This document shows positions 9,306 to 18,697 of a DNA stretch of 59,715 nucleotides, piece after piece. Positions within the stretch are counted from its first letter, which is position 1; every line of letters starts with the position of its first letter. Source of the stretch: an uncultured Myxococcales bacterium (GTDB lineage Bacteria > Myxococcota_A > Polyangia > Fen-1088); assembly GCA_937889515.1 (NCBI GenBank), contig CALAOV010000175.1, positions 1 to 59,715 on the forward strand, written 5' to 3'. The position numbers were made by a program, and so were the translations under genes. Below the pieces are notes generated by a model that did not search any database, was not told where the DNA came from, and was given only the letters and a program-made list of their open reading frames with translations.

Positions 9306-10550
9306 ATGAGCGACGTGCTTTCAGCGAGCGATCCGGAGGTGTTCGCGCTCTGCCGCGCCGAGGAGCGGCGGCAGGCCGAGAAGATCCGTCTCATCCCGTC
9401 GGAGAACTACGTTTCGAGGGCGGTGCTGGAGGCCTCGGGCTCGGTCTTCACCAACAAGTACAGCGAAGGCTATCCGGGCAAGCGGTACTACGAGGGGCAG
9501 GAGTTCGTCGATCCGCTGGAGCAGCTGGCCATCGACCGGGCCAAGTCGCTGTTCGGCGCCGCGCACGCCAACGTCCAGCCGTATTCCGGATCGCCGGCGA
9601 ACCTGGCCGTCTATCTGGCCTTCCTCAAGCCCGGCGACAAGGTGATGGGGCTGGCGCTGCCCATGGGCGGCCACCTCACGCACGGCTGGGGCGTCTCGAT
9701 CACTGGCAAGTACTTCACGCCGGTGCAGTACGGCGTCCGCAAGGACACGGGGCGTCTCGACTACGACGAGATTCGCGACCTGGCGAAGAAGGAGCGCCCC
9801 GCCCTGCTCTGGGCCGGCGGGACCGCCTACTCGCGCCTCTGGGACTTCGAGACGATGGGCGCGATCGCGCGCGAGGTGGGCGCCCGGTTTTGCGCCGACA
9901 TCGCGCACATCGCGGGCCTCATCGCGGGCGGCGTGCACCCGTCGCCGGTGGCGCATGCCGACGTGGTCACCACCACGACGCACAAGACGTTGCGCGGGCC
10001 ACGGGGCGGCATGATCCTCTGCAAGACCGAGCACGCGCAGGCCATCGACCGCGCGGTGTTCCCCGGCCTGCAGGGGGGACCGCACGTTCACAACACGGCG
10101 GCGCTGGCCGTCGCGCTGAAAGAGGCGGCGCAGCCTTCTTTCAAGGACTACGCGAAGCTCGTCGTCTCCAACGCCCGGGTGCTGGCCGAGGCGCTCATGG
10201 CCAAAGGTTTCGATGTGGTCTCGGGCGGCACCGATAACCATCTGATTCTGATCGATCTGACGAGCAAGAACGTCTCCGGGAAGATCGCGGCCCGCGCTCT
10301 AGACAAGGCGGGGCTCGAGCTGAACTACAACTCGGTTCCCTACGACACCCGCAAGCCGTTCGATCCGTCCGGGATCCGGCTGGGCACGCCCTCCGTATCG
10401 AGCCGGGGGATGGGCGAAGCCGAGATGCGGCAGATCGCGGGCTGGATGGATCGCGTGGTCGGCAGCCCGACCGACGAGACCGCGGCGAAGGTCCTCGGCG
10501 AGGTGCACGAGCTGACCGGGAAATTCCCGGCGCCGGGCATCTCGATCTAG
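9306..10550 (+). CDS. glyA: Serine hydroxymethyltransferase
   Basis: LIPSENY, NKYSEGYPGKRYY, GGHLTHG, TTTTHKTLRGPRGG (PLP lysine), VFPGLQGGP, SGIRLGTP. Confidence 0.97.
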   Translation: MSDVLSASDPEVFALCRAEERRQAEKIRLIPSENYVSRAVLEASGSVFTNKYSEGYPGKRYYEGQEFVDPLEQLAIDRAKSLFGAAHANVQPYSGSPANLAVYLAFLKPGDKVMGLALPMGGHLTHGWGVSITGKYFTPVQYGVRKDTGRLDYDEIRDLAKKERPALLWAGGTAYSRLWDFETMGAIAREVGARFCADIAHIAGLIAGGVHPSPVAHADVVTTTTHKTLRGPRGGMILCKTEHAQAIDRAVFPGLQGGPHVHNTAALAVALKEAAQPSFKDYAKLVVSNARVLAEALMAKGFDVVSGGTDNHLILIDLTSKNVSGKIAARALDKAGLELNYNSVPYDTRKPFDPSGIRLGTPSVSSRGMGEAEMRQIAGWMDRVVGSPTDETAAKVLGEVHELTGKFPAPGISI

Positions 10551-10579
10551 AGACGCCCGGTCGAATCGCCGGGACGACT

Positions 10580-11143
10580 ATGACCAACCACAAACTCAGA
10601 CTATCGACCGCCACGCGGGCGCTGACCGGGCTGGTGCTCGGCTCGGCGCTGCTGGCCGGCACGCTGCACGCCGAGACGATCGAGCTCCTCGACAAGACCA
10701 AGCTCAACGCGAAGATCATCCACTACTACGACGGGGTCTACACCGTCGAATCCAGCGGGCAGACCATCAAGCTGCCGAAGGAGAAGATCCGATCGATCTC
10801 CTTCCAGTTGCCGGCTCCGCGGGCCGAGTTCTCGACGCCCGAGAAGACCTTCGAGCGCTGGCGCAAGGCGCTGCTCGACGGCGCGGTCGAGCGAATGATC
10901 GACTGCTACGCCCTGGTCCAGCAGGGGATGCTGGCGACCCAGATGGGGCTCAGCCAGGCGCAGGACGGCTTCAAGAAGATGCAGAAAGAGGTCGAGGGAA
11001 CCAAGTTCCAGATCAAGGATTCGAAGACCAAGGGCGACACCGCGACCTTGAAGGTCCTCCGCCAGAAGGGGGACGAGAGCGATACCGGCGAGGTGGCCTT
11101 CGTCCGTGAGAACGGCGAGTGGAAGATGCTTCTGCCGCAATGA
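10580..11143 (+). CDS. Exported two-domain hypothetical protein (small beta domain plus NTF2/DUF4878-like domain)
   Basis: Signal peptide ending LHA; ETIELLDKTKLNAKI...IKLPKEKIRSISF beta domain; STPEKTFERW...EVAFVRENGEWKM resembles NTF2-like lumazine-binding/DUF4878 proteins. Fold calls are by eye. Confidence 0.7.
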   Translation: MTNHKLRLSTATRALTGLVLGSALLAGTLHAETIELLDKTKLNAKIIHYYDGVYTVESSGQTIKLPKEKIRSISFQLPAPRAEFSTPEKTFERWRKALLDGAVERMIDCYALVQQGMLATQMGLSQAQDGFKKMQKEVEGTKFQIKDSKTKGDTATLKVLRQKGDESDTGEVAFVRENGEWKMLLPQ

Positions 11144-11159
11144 CCGGACCCGCCCCGAG

Positions 11160-14100
11160 ATGAAGCGGCCGCTGCTCCTCGCGCTCGCCGCGTTCGGCGT
11201 CGCGTGGGTCTCGGGCGCGACCCCCGCGCGCGCCGCGATGTCGCTGGATCCGTTCCGCCGCGCGGGCGCCACGGCGGCCTCTGGCCTGAGCCCGTTTCGG
11301 GTGGCCGACGGGGATCCCGCGGCCGCCAACACGGGGACCGGGGCCACGACGTCTGCGCCGGCACCGACCAACGTTAACCTTCCCGTCGCGCCCCCAGCGG
11401 GCCCCGCCCCCAAGAGCTGTCAACGCGACGAGGACTGCGGCGGTGAAAACATCTGCCAGGCGAGCCTCTGCCAGCCGATCCAGATCCGCACCAACATCCT
11501 CTATCTCTACTATCGGGAGGGGGCCTTTCGCGAGGCGCTGCTCCTTTACTGGTCCCGCAAAGGGCCCAGCGGCTACACCGTCCTGGCGCCGTTTTATTGG
11601 CACGCCTGGAGTTCCGGCAGCGAGACGCGGATCGTGGCACCGTTCTTCTGGCGCTTCGAGGATCGCGTTCGCCAGAGCGTCGTCACGGTCATCGTGCCGA
11701 TCCTCCCGGTCTCCTGGAGCCGGGAGCCGGGGGCGACCTCGTTCGCCGTCTGGCCGATCTTCTACGGGTCGAGCAAGTTCGGGTGGGCGGTGCCGTTTCT
11801 CGGGACGCTCGCCCTCGAGGACCCCGAGGAGCACAAATCCTTCGGCGTGGTGGGCTACCTTTACTGGTGGTGGCGGACGCCGAAACGCAACACCGATCTG
11901 GGCTTCCCGATCTTCTTCTCGACGCGCACCGAGAGCCACGCCTTCACCTATGCCGTCCCGCTCTCCTTCTACTGGCGGCACGACGACGACGCGAACACGC
12001 TGGCGCTGCCGCTGTTCTATCTGAATAGCCACAAGACCGGTTCCTGGTTCCTCACCTGGCTCGGCTACGAGCACCGCGAAGGGCCCGAATACGGCCGGTC
12101 GCTGGCCTGGCTCTACTATTGGGGCGGCGACGAGCACGCCCATTCGAGCTACCACGTGCTCTTTCCGCTGATCTGGGACTTCGAGGGCAAGGAAGACGGC
12201 GCGACGGTGGTCTTTCCGCTGCTCTGGAGCTTTCGCGGCCCGACGACCAACACGACGCTGGCATTCCCGGTGCTGCCGGTGCTGCACGTCCGAGACGGCA
12301 GCTGGTATTTCAACACCGTCTTCCCGCTGTGGTGGAGCAGCGGCGACGACAAGACCGGCCGGGCCCACCGCTTGCTCATTCCGCTCTTCTACTGGGATCG
12401 CTCCGACCGCGATCGCGCCACGACGCTGGTGACGCCGCTCGGCGGCTACGCCCGCGACGATCTGGCCGGCACCCGCACCTGGGCCATCCTGCCGCTGCTG
12501 TCGGGTGCGCACCGCGATCGCGGCGGCGAGCGGCGGATGATCACGCCGCTCTACCTGAGCCACGAAGACACGGCCGGGGACGCGATGACCCGACTCATCG
12601 GTCTGCTCTTTTACCGGCGGGTCGATGCGGCGGGCTCCACGACCGGGCTGTTTCCGCTGTTCTGGCACTTCAGCGACACCGCCACCGGTGCGACCGCGAC
12701 CGCCTTCTTGCCGTTCTTCGAGCGCCGCTCGGGTCCGCGCGACACGACGACCATCGTGGGGCCGTTCTACTGGCGCCGGTTCACCCACGGCGGCTGGGGC
12801 GCCGGCATGTGGCCGGTCGCGTTCTTCGGCGACAACGCCGGTCGCAGCCACGCGGTGGTGTTTCCCCTCTTTTGGCACGTCGCGGGCGCCAGCACGTCCA
12901 CCACGGCCCTGCTGCCGATCTTCTACTGGCACCGCGATTCGCACGGGACCGACTCGTTTTGGCCGCCGCTGCTCTTTCTCGGCAACCACGGCGGCGAGAG
13001 CTACGCGATCCAGTTCCCGCTGCTGTTTCACGTCGCCAGCGAACGCGACGGAACGAGCACCACGGTCACACCGCTCGGGTACGTTCACCGGGACCGCGAC
13101 GGCTGGAGCCTCGCGGTGGGGCCGCTGGTGCCGCTTCTCTACGCGCGCAGCGGTCACAACCAGTCCCACTTCGTGTTTCTGCCGTTCATCTGGCACTTCG
13201 AGGATCGCACCGCCGACCGATCGACCACCGTGGTCGGCCCCTTCTGGCACCGGCGCTGGGGCGGGGAGACCACCGACGCGCTCTTCCCATTCCTTCACTA
13301 TCGGCGCGGCGCGCGCCCCGGTGGGGACGACGAGACCAGCTTCACCATCTTCCCGCTGGTCCACTACCGACGGGACGCGGAGTCGCGGGTCCTGGTGACG
13401 CCGATCGGCGCCTCCGTCCGCAGCCGCGACCGGGACGCGGGCTTCCTGGGTCCCTACTTCTGGTACGACGACCAGAACCTCAACGTTCGCTTCATCCCAT
13501 TTCTCCACGCCGACATCGCCCGCCGCGACAGCGGCCAGCGCCTGCGGCAGTGGGGACCCTGGTTCCAGATCGACGCGCCGGGCGCCAAGGTCCAGGGTCT
13601 CTTTCCGCTCTTCGGCCACTACGCGGACGCGCACGAGAGCGATACCTGGGTGGCGCCCACCTTCTTCCACTCCCGGAGCGACAACGGCGACCAGGTCGAC
13701 GCGCTGTTCCCGCTCTTCTGGCATTCGTCGCTAGGCGGACGGACCACCACGGTGGTCGGCCCCTACTTCGACCGCAAGACGCCCGACAGCCACGCGAGTG
13801 GCCTGGTCCCGCTCTACTTCCACGCGGAGAACGCCCACCGGACCATGACGGCGGTGGTCCCGCTGCTCTACTACCACTGGCGCGCGGCCAACGAGAGCTC
13901 CGAGTGGCTCTCCTGCGGACCGTTCTTTCACAGCCGCACCGCCGATGGGTCCTCCACCGGCTTCTTCCCGCTCTTCTGGTCGACGACCACCAAGGATCGG
14001 CGCCACGACATCTTCTTCCCCCTCTTCTGGCACTTTGCGGACACGACCGCCGGCACCAGCTGGACCCTGCTGGGACCGTTCTACGGGTCGACCTCCGGTG

Positions 14101-15044
14101 CCCGGCGCACCCGCGGGATCCTACCCATCGCCTGGTACACCCGCGACGCGGGCAACGGCGACTCCGCCCAGGCCGTTCTCCCGCTCTTCTATGAAGCCAG
14201 CGGCCGCGATCACGTTTCGTTCTATACGCTGCTGGGCGGCTACCACCGGAATGGCCCGGCCCATTTCTGGTACGCCGGTCCGATCGTCCACACCGACAGC
14301 GTCCAGAGTAAGTTCTCGATGGTCTTCCCGCTCTGGTTCAGCCACACCGACAAGGCGACCGAGACCAACACCACCGTCATCCCGCCCCTGCTCCACGTCT
14401 CGCGTGGCAATCCGGAGTCGGGGCTCTCCAGCACCCTGGTGCTGTTCTGGCACTACCGCGATATCGCGACCTCGACCTGGTTGGGGCTGCCGCTCTACTT
14501 CGACGTGCACGAATACCATCTCTCGCGCACCACGCTGCTGCTGCCCCTGCTCTTCCGCCACGAGAACGAGGTCGAGCACGACACCACCTGGATCGCGCCG
14601 CTGTTCTATCGCCACTCGACGCCGACCGACATCAGCATGGTCGCCTTCCCGCTGGTCTGGGACTTCAAGCGCGACCAGGACCGGACGACGGTGGTGTTCC
14701 CGTTCTACGTGCACTGGCGCCGCGCCGACCACGACACCACCTACGTCTTCCCGAACTACCTCTATCGGCAGGGGCTGGCCTCGAACGGCACGCCCGACGG
14801 GACGTACCGGCGGTTCGTGCTGCCGTTCTATGATTCCGGCGTCAAGCGTCCGGGCGATTTCATGTGGGAGGTCTTCGGGGGGCTGGTCGGCCACGAACGG
14901 ATCGGCACGCACAATTTTCTGCGGCTCTTCTACCTGACCATCGAGACCGCCCAGAGCTCGCGCGCGCAGACCGCCTGGTACAGCCAGCCGGTCAGCCAGC
15001 CGCGCAAGGCGGTTCGCCGCAGCCTCAGCGTCGCCGGCTGGTAG
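11160..15044 (+). CDS. Large exported Pro-aromatic repeat protein, 1294 aa, function unknown
   Basis: Signal peptide MKRPLLLALAAFGVAW; four-Cys module CQRDEDCGGENICQASLC; then about 1150 aa of about 17-aa units centred on (F/L/G)P(L/F)(F/Y)(W/Y/H). Confidence 0.88.
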   Translation: MKRPLLLALAAFGVAWVSGATPARAAMSLDPFRRAGATAASGLSPFRVADGDPAAANTGTGATTSAPAPTNVNLPVAPPAGPAPKSCQRDEDCGGENICQASLCQPIQIRTNILYLYYREGAFREALLLYWSRKGPSGYTVLAPFYWHAWSSGSETRIVAPFFWRFEDRVRQSVVTVIVPILPVSWSREPGATSFAVWPIFYGSSKFGWAVPFLGTLALEDPEEHKSFGVVGYLYWWWRTPKRNTDLGFPIFFSTRTESHAFTYAVPLSFYWRHDDDANTLALPLFYLNSHKTGSWFLTWLGYEHREGPEYGRSLAWLYYWGGDEHAHSSYHVLFPLIWDFEGKEDGATVVFPLLWSFRGPTTNTTLAFPVLPVLHVRDGSWYFNTVFPLWWSSGDDKTGRAHRLLIPLFYWDRSDRDRATTLVTPLGGYARDDLAGTRTWAILPLLSGAHRDRGGERRMITPLYLSHEDTAGDAMTRLIGLLFYRRVDAAGSTTGLFPLFWHFSDTATGATATAFLPFFERRSGPRDTTTIVGPFYWRRFTHGGWGAGMWPVAFFGDNAGRSHAVVFPLFWHVAGASTSTTALLPIFYWHRDSHGTDSFWPPLLFLGNHGGESYAIQFPLLFHVASERDGTSTTVTPLGYVHRDRDGWSLAVGPLVPLLYARSGHNQSHFVFLPFIWHFEDRTADRSTTVVGPFWHRRWGGETTDALFPFLHYRRGARPGGDDETSFTIFPLVHYRRDAESRVLVTPIGASVRSRDRDAGFLGPYFWYDDQNLNVRFIPFLHADIARRDSGQRLRQWGPWFQIDAPGAKVQGLFPLFGHYADAHESDTWVAPTFFHSRSDNGDQVDALFPLFWHSSLGGRTTTVVGPYFDRKTPDSHASGLVPLYFHAENAHRTMTAVVPLLYYHWRAANESSEWLSCGPFFHSRTADGSSTGFFPLFWSTTTKDRRHDIFFPLFWHFADTTAGTSWTLLGPFYGSTSGARRTRGILPIAWYTRDAGNGDSAQAVLPLFYEASGRDHVSFYTLLGGYHRNGPAHFWYAGPIVHTDSVQSKFSMVFPLWFSHTDKATETNTTVIPPLLHVSRGNPESGLSSTLVLFWHYRDIATSTWLGLPLYFDVHEYHLSRTTLLLPLLFRHENEVEHDTTWIAPLFYRHSTPTDISMVAFPLVWDFKRDQDRTTVVFPFYVHWRRADHDTTYVFPNYLYRQGLASNGTPDGTYRRFVLPFYDSGVKRPGDFMWEVFGGLVGHERIGTHNFLRLFYLTIETAQSSRAQTAWYSQPVSQPRKAVRRSLSVAGW

Positions 15045-16323
15045 CGGGCGCAAGGGCCGCCGGCTCGGTCGAGACCGGCGACACCGGATCGGAGGTTGCC
15101 AGCGCATCCACCGGCTCGCCGAGCAGGCGTGCGCGCAGCGTCCCGACCAGAAACATCGAGCCACAGACGACGACCAGGCCACCGGGACCGGCCAGCAAGC
15201 GTCCGGTCGCCAGGCCCGAGGTGGCGTCGTCGTTGGTCACCACCTCGGCGAAATGGCGTCGCGCGTGGGCCGCCAGAGCGTCGGGCGACAGGGCGCGCTG
15301 GCTCTCCGAGCGGGTCGCCACCACCGCGTTCACCACCGGTGCCAGCGCCGACAGGATCGCCTCCGGATCCTTGTCGCGCGCGATCGAGACCAGCGCCACC
15401 ACGCGGCGGCCGGCGGCGATCGCGGGGAGCGCCGCCGCCAGCGCGCGTGCCCCTTCGGCGTTGTGCGCGCAATCGAAGAGGAGATCGTTTCCGAGGCGTT
15501 CGAGACGTCCGGGCCAGGTGGTGCCGGCCAGCGCCGATCCGATGGTCGCCGGCTCGAGAGCGCGCCCGAGACGCGCCGCCGCAGCGCCCGCGAGCGCGAC
15601 GGCAACGGCCGCGTTGTCGCGCTGGTGCGGGCCGTCGAGGCCGAGCGGTCCGACCGGCGCCTGGAAGTCACGGCCGAGCCGGGCCAGCGGCGCGCCGATC
15701 TGGGAGGCGATGGCCGCGATCTCCTGGTCGGCCTCGGCGGGCAGGTGGCCCAGGAAGCAGGGAATGTTGGGCTTGAGGATCCCGGCCTTCTCTCGCGCGA
15801 TCGCGCGCACCGTGTCGCCCAGGTAGGCGGTGTGGTCGATGCCGATCGAGGTGATGGCGGTCGCGAGCGGCTCCGCGGCCGTGACCGCGTCGAGCCGGCC
15901 ACCGAGCCCGGTCTCGAGCACGGCGATCTCGACCCCCGCTTCTGCCAGCGCGACAAAGGCCAGCACAGTCGCGATCTCGAAATAGGTCAACGGGACGCCC
16001 GTTGCGGCCAGGCCACGATCGAGGGCCGCCAGCCGATCGCCGTCGATCTCGCGGCCGTCGATCCGGATCCGCTCGGTGAAGCGGGCCAGGTGCGGCGAGG
16101 TGTAAAGCCCGGTGCGCAGCCCCGCGGCGCGCAAGATCGCCTCGGCCATCGCCGCCGTCGATCCCTTGCCGTTGGTCCCCGCGATCTGAACCGCCGCGAA
16201 TCGCTTCTGCGGGTTCCCCAGCAGCGCCAGTGCCCGCCGGACCGGCTCGAGCCCCAGATCGACCCCCAGTGACTGCGCGGTGGTTAGCCGGGCCAAGAGA
16301 TCGGCATAGCGCGGGGTCGACAT
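15025..16323 (-). CDS. folC: Bifunctional folylpolyglutamate synthase/dihydrofolate synthase
   Basis: C-terminal part of track ORF 15025..17121. IAGTNGKGST, YTSPHL, LETGLGGRLDAV, DHTAYLG, DCAHN. Follows accD, a conserved gene order. Confidence 0.95.
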   Translation of the reverse strand: MSTPRYADLLARLTTAQSLGVDLGLEPVRRALALLGNPQKRFAAVQIAGTNGKGSTAAMAEAILRAAGLRTGLYTSPHLARFTERIRIDGREIDGDRLAALDRGLAATGVPLTYFEIATVLAFVALAEAGVEIAVLETGLGGRLDAVTAAEPLATAITSIGIDHTAYLGDTVRAIAREKAGILKPNIPCFLGHLPAEADQEIAAIASQIGAPLARLGRDFQAPVGPLGLDGPHQRDNAAVAVALAGAAAARLGRALEPATIGSALAGTTWPGRLERLGNDLLFDCAHNAEGARALAAALPAIAAGRRVVALVSIARDKDPEAILSALAPVVNAVVATRSESQRALSPDALAAHARRHFAEVVTNDDATSGLATGRLLAGPGGLVVVCGSMFLVGTLRARLLGEPVDALATSDPVSPVSTEPAALAPATSRRR

Positions 16324-16346
16324 CGGACTACCTTGCGGCCCCGCGC

Positions 16347-17201
16347 CTATGACTGGGCGCGTGGACCCAGCAGCTTGAGCAGGCTGGCCAGCGTCGCCCG
16401 GGTCTGGTTTCGATGCACGATCTTGTCGAGGAAACCGTGGTCGAGCAGAAACTCTGCGCGCTGGAACCCAGGCGGCAGGCGCTGACGGATGGTGTTCTGA
16501 ATGACGCGCGCCCCGGCGAACGCGATCAGCGCCTTCGGCTCGGCCAGGATGACGTCGCCCAGCATGGCGAAGCTGGCCGCGACGCCACCGGTGGTCGGGT
16601 TGAGCAGCACCGAGATGTAGGGCAGGCCGACTTCTCGCAGCCGGCCCAGCGCGGCCGAGGTCTTGGCCATCTGCATGAGCGACAGCACCCCCTCTTGCAT
16701 CCGGGCGCCGCCCGAGGCGGAGAAGACCAGGGCGGGCGCGCGGCGTTCCAGCGCCCGCTCGAAGATGCGCGTCACCTTCTCGCCCACCACCGAGCCCATC
16801 GATCCGCCCATGAACTCGAAGACGAAGACGCCGATCTCGACCGGGGTCCCCTCGATCCGGCCGGAACCGGCGCGAACCGCGTCGGCCCCGCCCGAGACCC
16901 GGCGCGCCGCCCGCAGGCGGTCGCCGTACTTCTTGGAATCGCGAAACCCCAGCGGATCGACGCTCTCGATGGTCGCGTCGGCCTCGACGAAGCTGCCGGG
17001 ATCGAGGATCAGCTCGAGCCGCCGGGCCGACGCGAGCGGAAAGTGATGCTCGCATTGCGGGCAGACATTGTGGTTCTTGTTCAGATTGTCGGTGTCGAGC
17101 ACCGCCCGACAGCCGGGGCACTTGGTGAAAACCCCGGCCGGGACGCTGCGTTTCTCTTCCGACAGATCGTCTTCCCGATCCTCGCGCTTGTACCAGGCCA
17201 T
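16347..17201 (-). CDS. accD: Acetyl-CoA carboxylase carboxyltransferase beta subunit
   Basis: Zn finger CPGC...CPQC; GGSMGSVVGEK, SGGARMQEG, PTTGGVAASF, QRAEFLLDHG. Confidence 0.96.
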   Translation of the reverse strand: MAWYKREDREDDLSEEKRSVPAGVFTKCPGCRAVLDTDNLNKNHNVCPQCEHHFPLASARRLELILDPGSFVEADATIESVDPLGFRDSKKYGDRLRAARRVSGGADAVRAGSGRIEGTPVEIGVFVFEFMGGSMGSVVGEKVTRIFERALERRAPALVFSASGGARMQEGVLSLMQMAKTSAALGRLREVGLPYISVLLNPTTGGVAASFAMLGDVILAEPKALIAFAGARVIQNTIRQRLPPGFQRAEFLLDHGFLDKIVHRNQTRATLASLLKLLGPRAQS

Positions 17202-17258
17202 CCGCCGATCGCGAGAATACACTGAGCGGCGCGCCAATTGGTTTGTTATGCTGCGCGC

Positions 17259-17624
17259 GTGCATTTCGGGGCGTGGCACGCGATCTCCGACGCGAGAGCG
17301 TCGGCGCCAGAGGTTGCCGGTGTTTTGCAGACCCGCGCGGAGGGGGCGATGGACTATCGCGCCGGCCGCAGCGCGATGGTCTTCTATGCCTGCACCGATC
17401 CGACCGAGACCCTGCGCCGGTTCGTGGTCGGGCGCGGCGCGCGTCAGATCGAGCGCGCCGTGAGCGCCGGGGCCCGCTGGATCCGCTTCGCCGAGGCGAC
17501 TCATCCGCAGGACGAGCTCGATCGGCTGCTCAAGGGCTTCGTGGAGCGGTTCGGGTCGCTGCCGATCAGCAACGCCGGAACCGCCCGGCGCGCGACCACT
17601 CCGGCCGGCGGCGAGCCGGCGTGA
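17259..17624 (+). CDS. Small hypothetical protein, weakly GIY-YIG-like
   Basis: Stop overlaps the purM start (GTGA). An extended -10 element TGnTATGCT lies 6 nt before GTG 17259. The segment APEVAGVLQ...GRSAMVFYA loosely recalls the two GIY-YIG strands. Confidence 0.5.
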   Translation: MHFGAWHAISDARASAPEVAGVLQTRAEGAMDYRAGRSAMVFYACTDPTETLRRFVVGRGARQIERAVSAGARWIRFAEATHPQDELDRLLKGFVERFGSLPISNAGTARRATTPAGGEPA

Positions 17625-18697
17625 CGGGGCGGATGCCGCGGACCCAGGGACCCGGCCTCACCTACCGCGACGCTGGCGTCGACATCGACGCGGGCGACGC
17701 GCTGGTCGAGCGGATCAAGGGACACGTCCGGCGCACCCGGCGGCCCGAGGTCCTGACCGGTCTGGGCGGCTTTGCCGGTCTCTGCGCCCTGCCCTCGCGC
17801 TACAAGGAGCCGCTGCTGGTCTCCTGCACCGACGGGGTCGGGACCAAGCTCAAGCTGGCTTTCCTGGCGGGCCGGCACGACACGGTGGGGATCGATCTGG
17901 TGGCGATGAACGTCAACGACCTGGTCGTCTGCGGGGCCGAGCCGCTGTTCTTCCTGGACTACTTCGCCTCCGGGCGGCTGGAGGTGGGGGTTGCCGAGCG
18001 GGTGATCTCCGGGATCGCCGACGGCTGTCAGGCCGCCGGGTGCGCCCTCCTGGGGGGCGAGACCGCCGAGCTCCCGGGCTTCTACGCCGACGGCGAGTAC
18101 GATCTGGCCGGGTTCTGCGTGGGGGTGGTGGAGAAGAGCCGCCACATCGACGGCCGGGAGATCCGGGCGGGAGATCGCCTGCTGGGGCTGGCGTCGTCCG
18201 GGTTTCATTCGAACGGCTACTCGCTGGTGCGGAAGGTGTTCCTGGAGAAGATGGGACTCGGCCTCGACGCCACGCCGGCCGAGCTGGGCGAGCCGCTCGG
18301 GCAGGCCCTGCTGCGCCCGACCAAGATCTACGTCCGGGCCATGCGCGCGCTCGCCGACGCCGATCTGCTCCGCGGGGCGGCGCACATCACGGGAGGTGGC
18401 CTGGTCGACAATCCGACCCGGATGCTGCCGGAGGACGCGCGGCTCAAGCTGCAGATCCGCCTCGGGAGCTGGGAGGTGCCGCCGGTCTTCGGCCTCCTGG
18501 CGCGCGGGGGCGGCGTGGCCGCGGAAGAGATGCGCCGCACCTTCAACATGGGCATCGGCATGCTGATCTGCGTGCCGGCCGATCGGGTGGCCGACGCCAC
18601 CACGCTGCTCGAACGCGCGGGCGAGCAGGTGTTCGCCGTCGGCGAAGTCGCGCCCTCCGACGCGCCCGGCGCGCCGGTGGAGTTCCTGGCGCCGTGA
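17621..18697 (+). CDS. purM: Phosphoribosylformylglycinamidine cyclo-ligase (AIR synthetase)
   Basis: YRDAGVDIDAG, TDGVGTK, GIDLVAMNVND, GGETAE, HSNGYSL, AHITGGG, TFNMGIG. Start is GTG 17621 or ATG 17633. Confidence 0.96.
   Translation: MTGRMPRTQGPGLTYRDAGVDIDAGDALVERIKGHVRRTRRPEVLTGLGGFAGLCALPSRYKEPLLVSCTDGVGTKLKLAFLAGRHDTVGIDLVAMNVNDLVVCGAEPLFFLDYFASGRLEVGVAERVISGIADGCQAAGCALLGGETAELPGFYADGEYDLAGFCVGVVEKSRHIDGREIRAGDRLLGLASSGFHSNGYSLVRKVFLEKMGLGLDATPAELGEPLGQALLRPTKIYVRAMRALADADLLRGAAHITGGGLVDNPTRMLPEDARLKLQIRLGSWEVPPVFGLLARGGGVAAEEMRRTFNMGIGMLICVPADRVADATTLLERAGEQVFAVGEVAPSDAPGAPVEFLAP

Noticed and set aside
11013-13724. 903-aa antisense ORF, and similar long shadow ORFs (2722..4524, 21629..23530, 26530..28758, 33015..35000, 39721..41688, 51660..53672)
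   Set aside because: They lie opposite well-supported genes, show no motifs, and have the Arg/Ala/Gly-rich composition expected from stop-poor frames in high-GC DNA.
15025-17121. Apparent 698-aa FolC with a long N-terminal extension or AccD-FolC fusion
   Set aside because: The extension is an alternative frame over accD; FolC homology begins at ATG 16323 and accD has its own stop at 16347.
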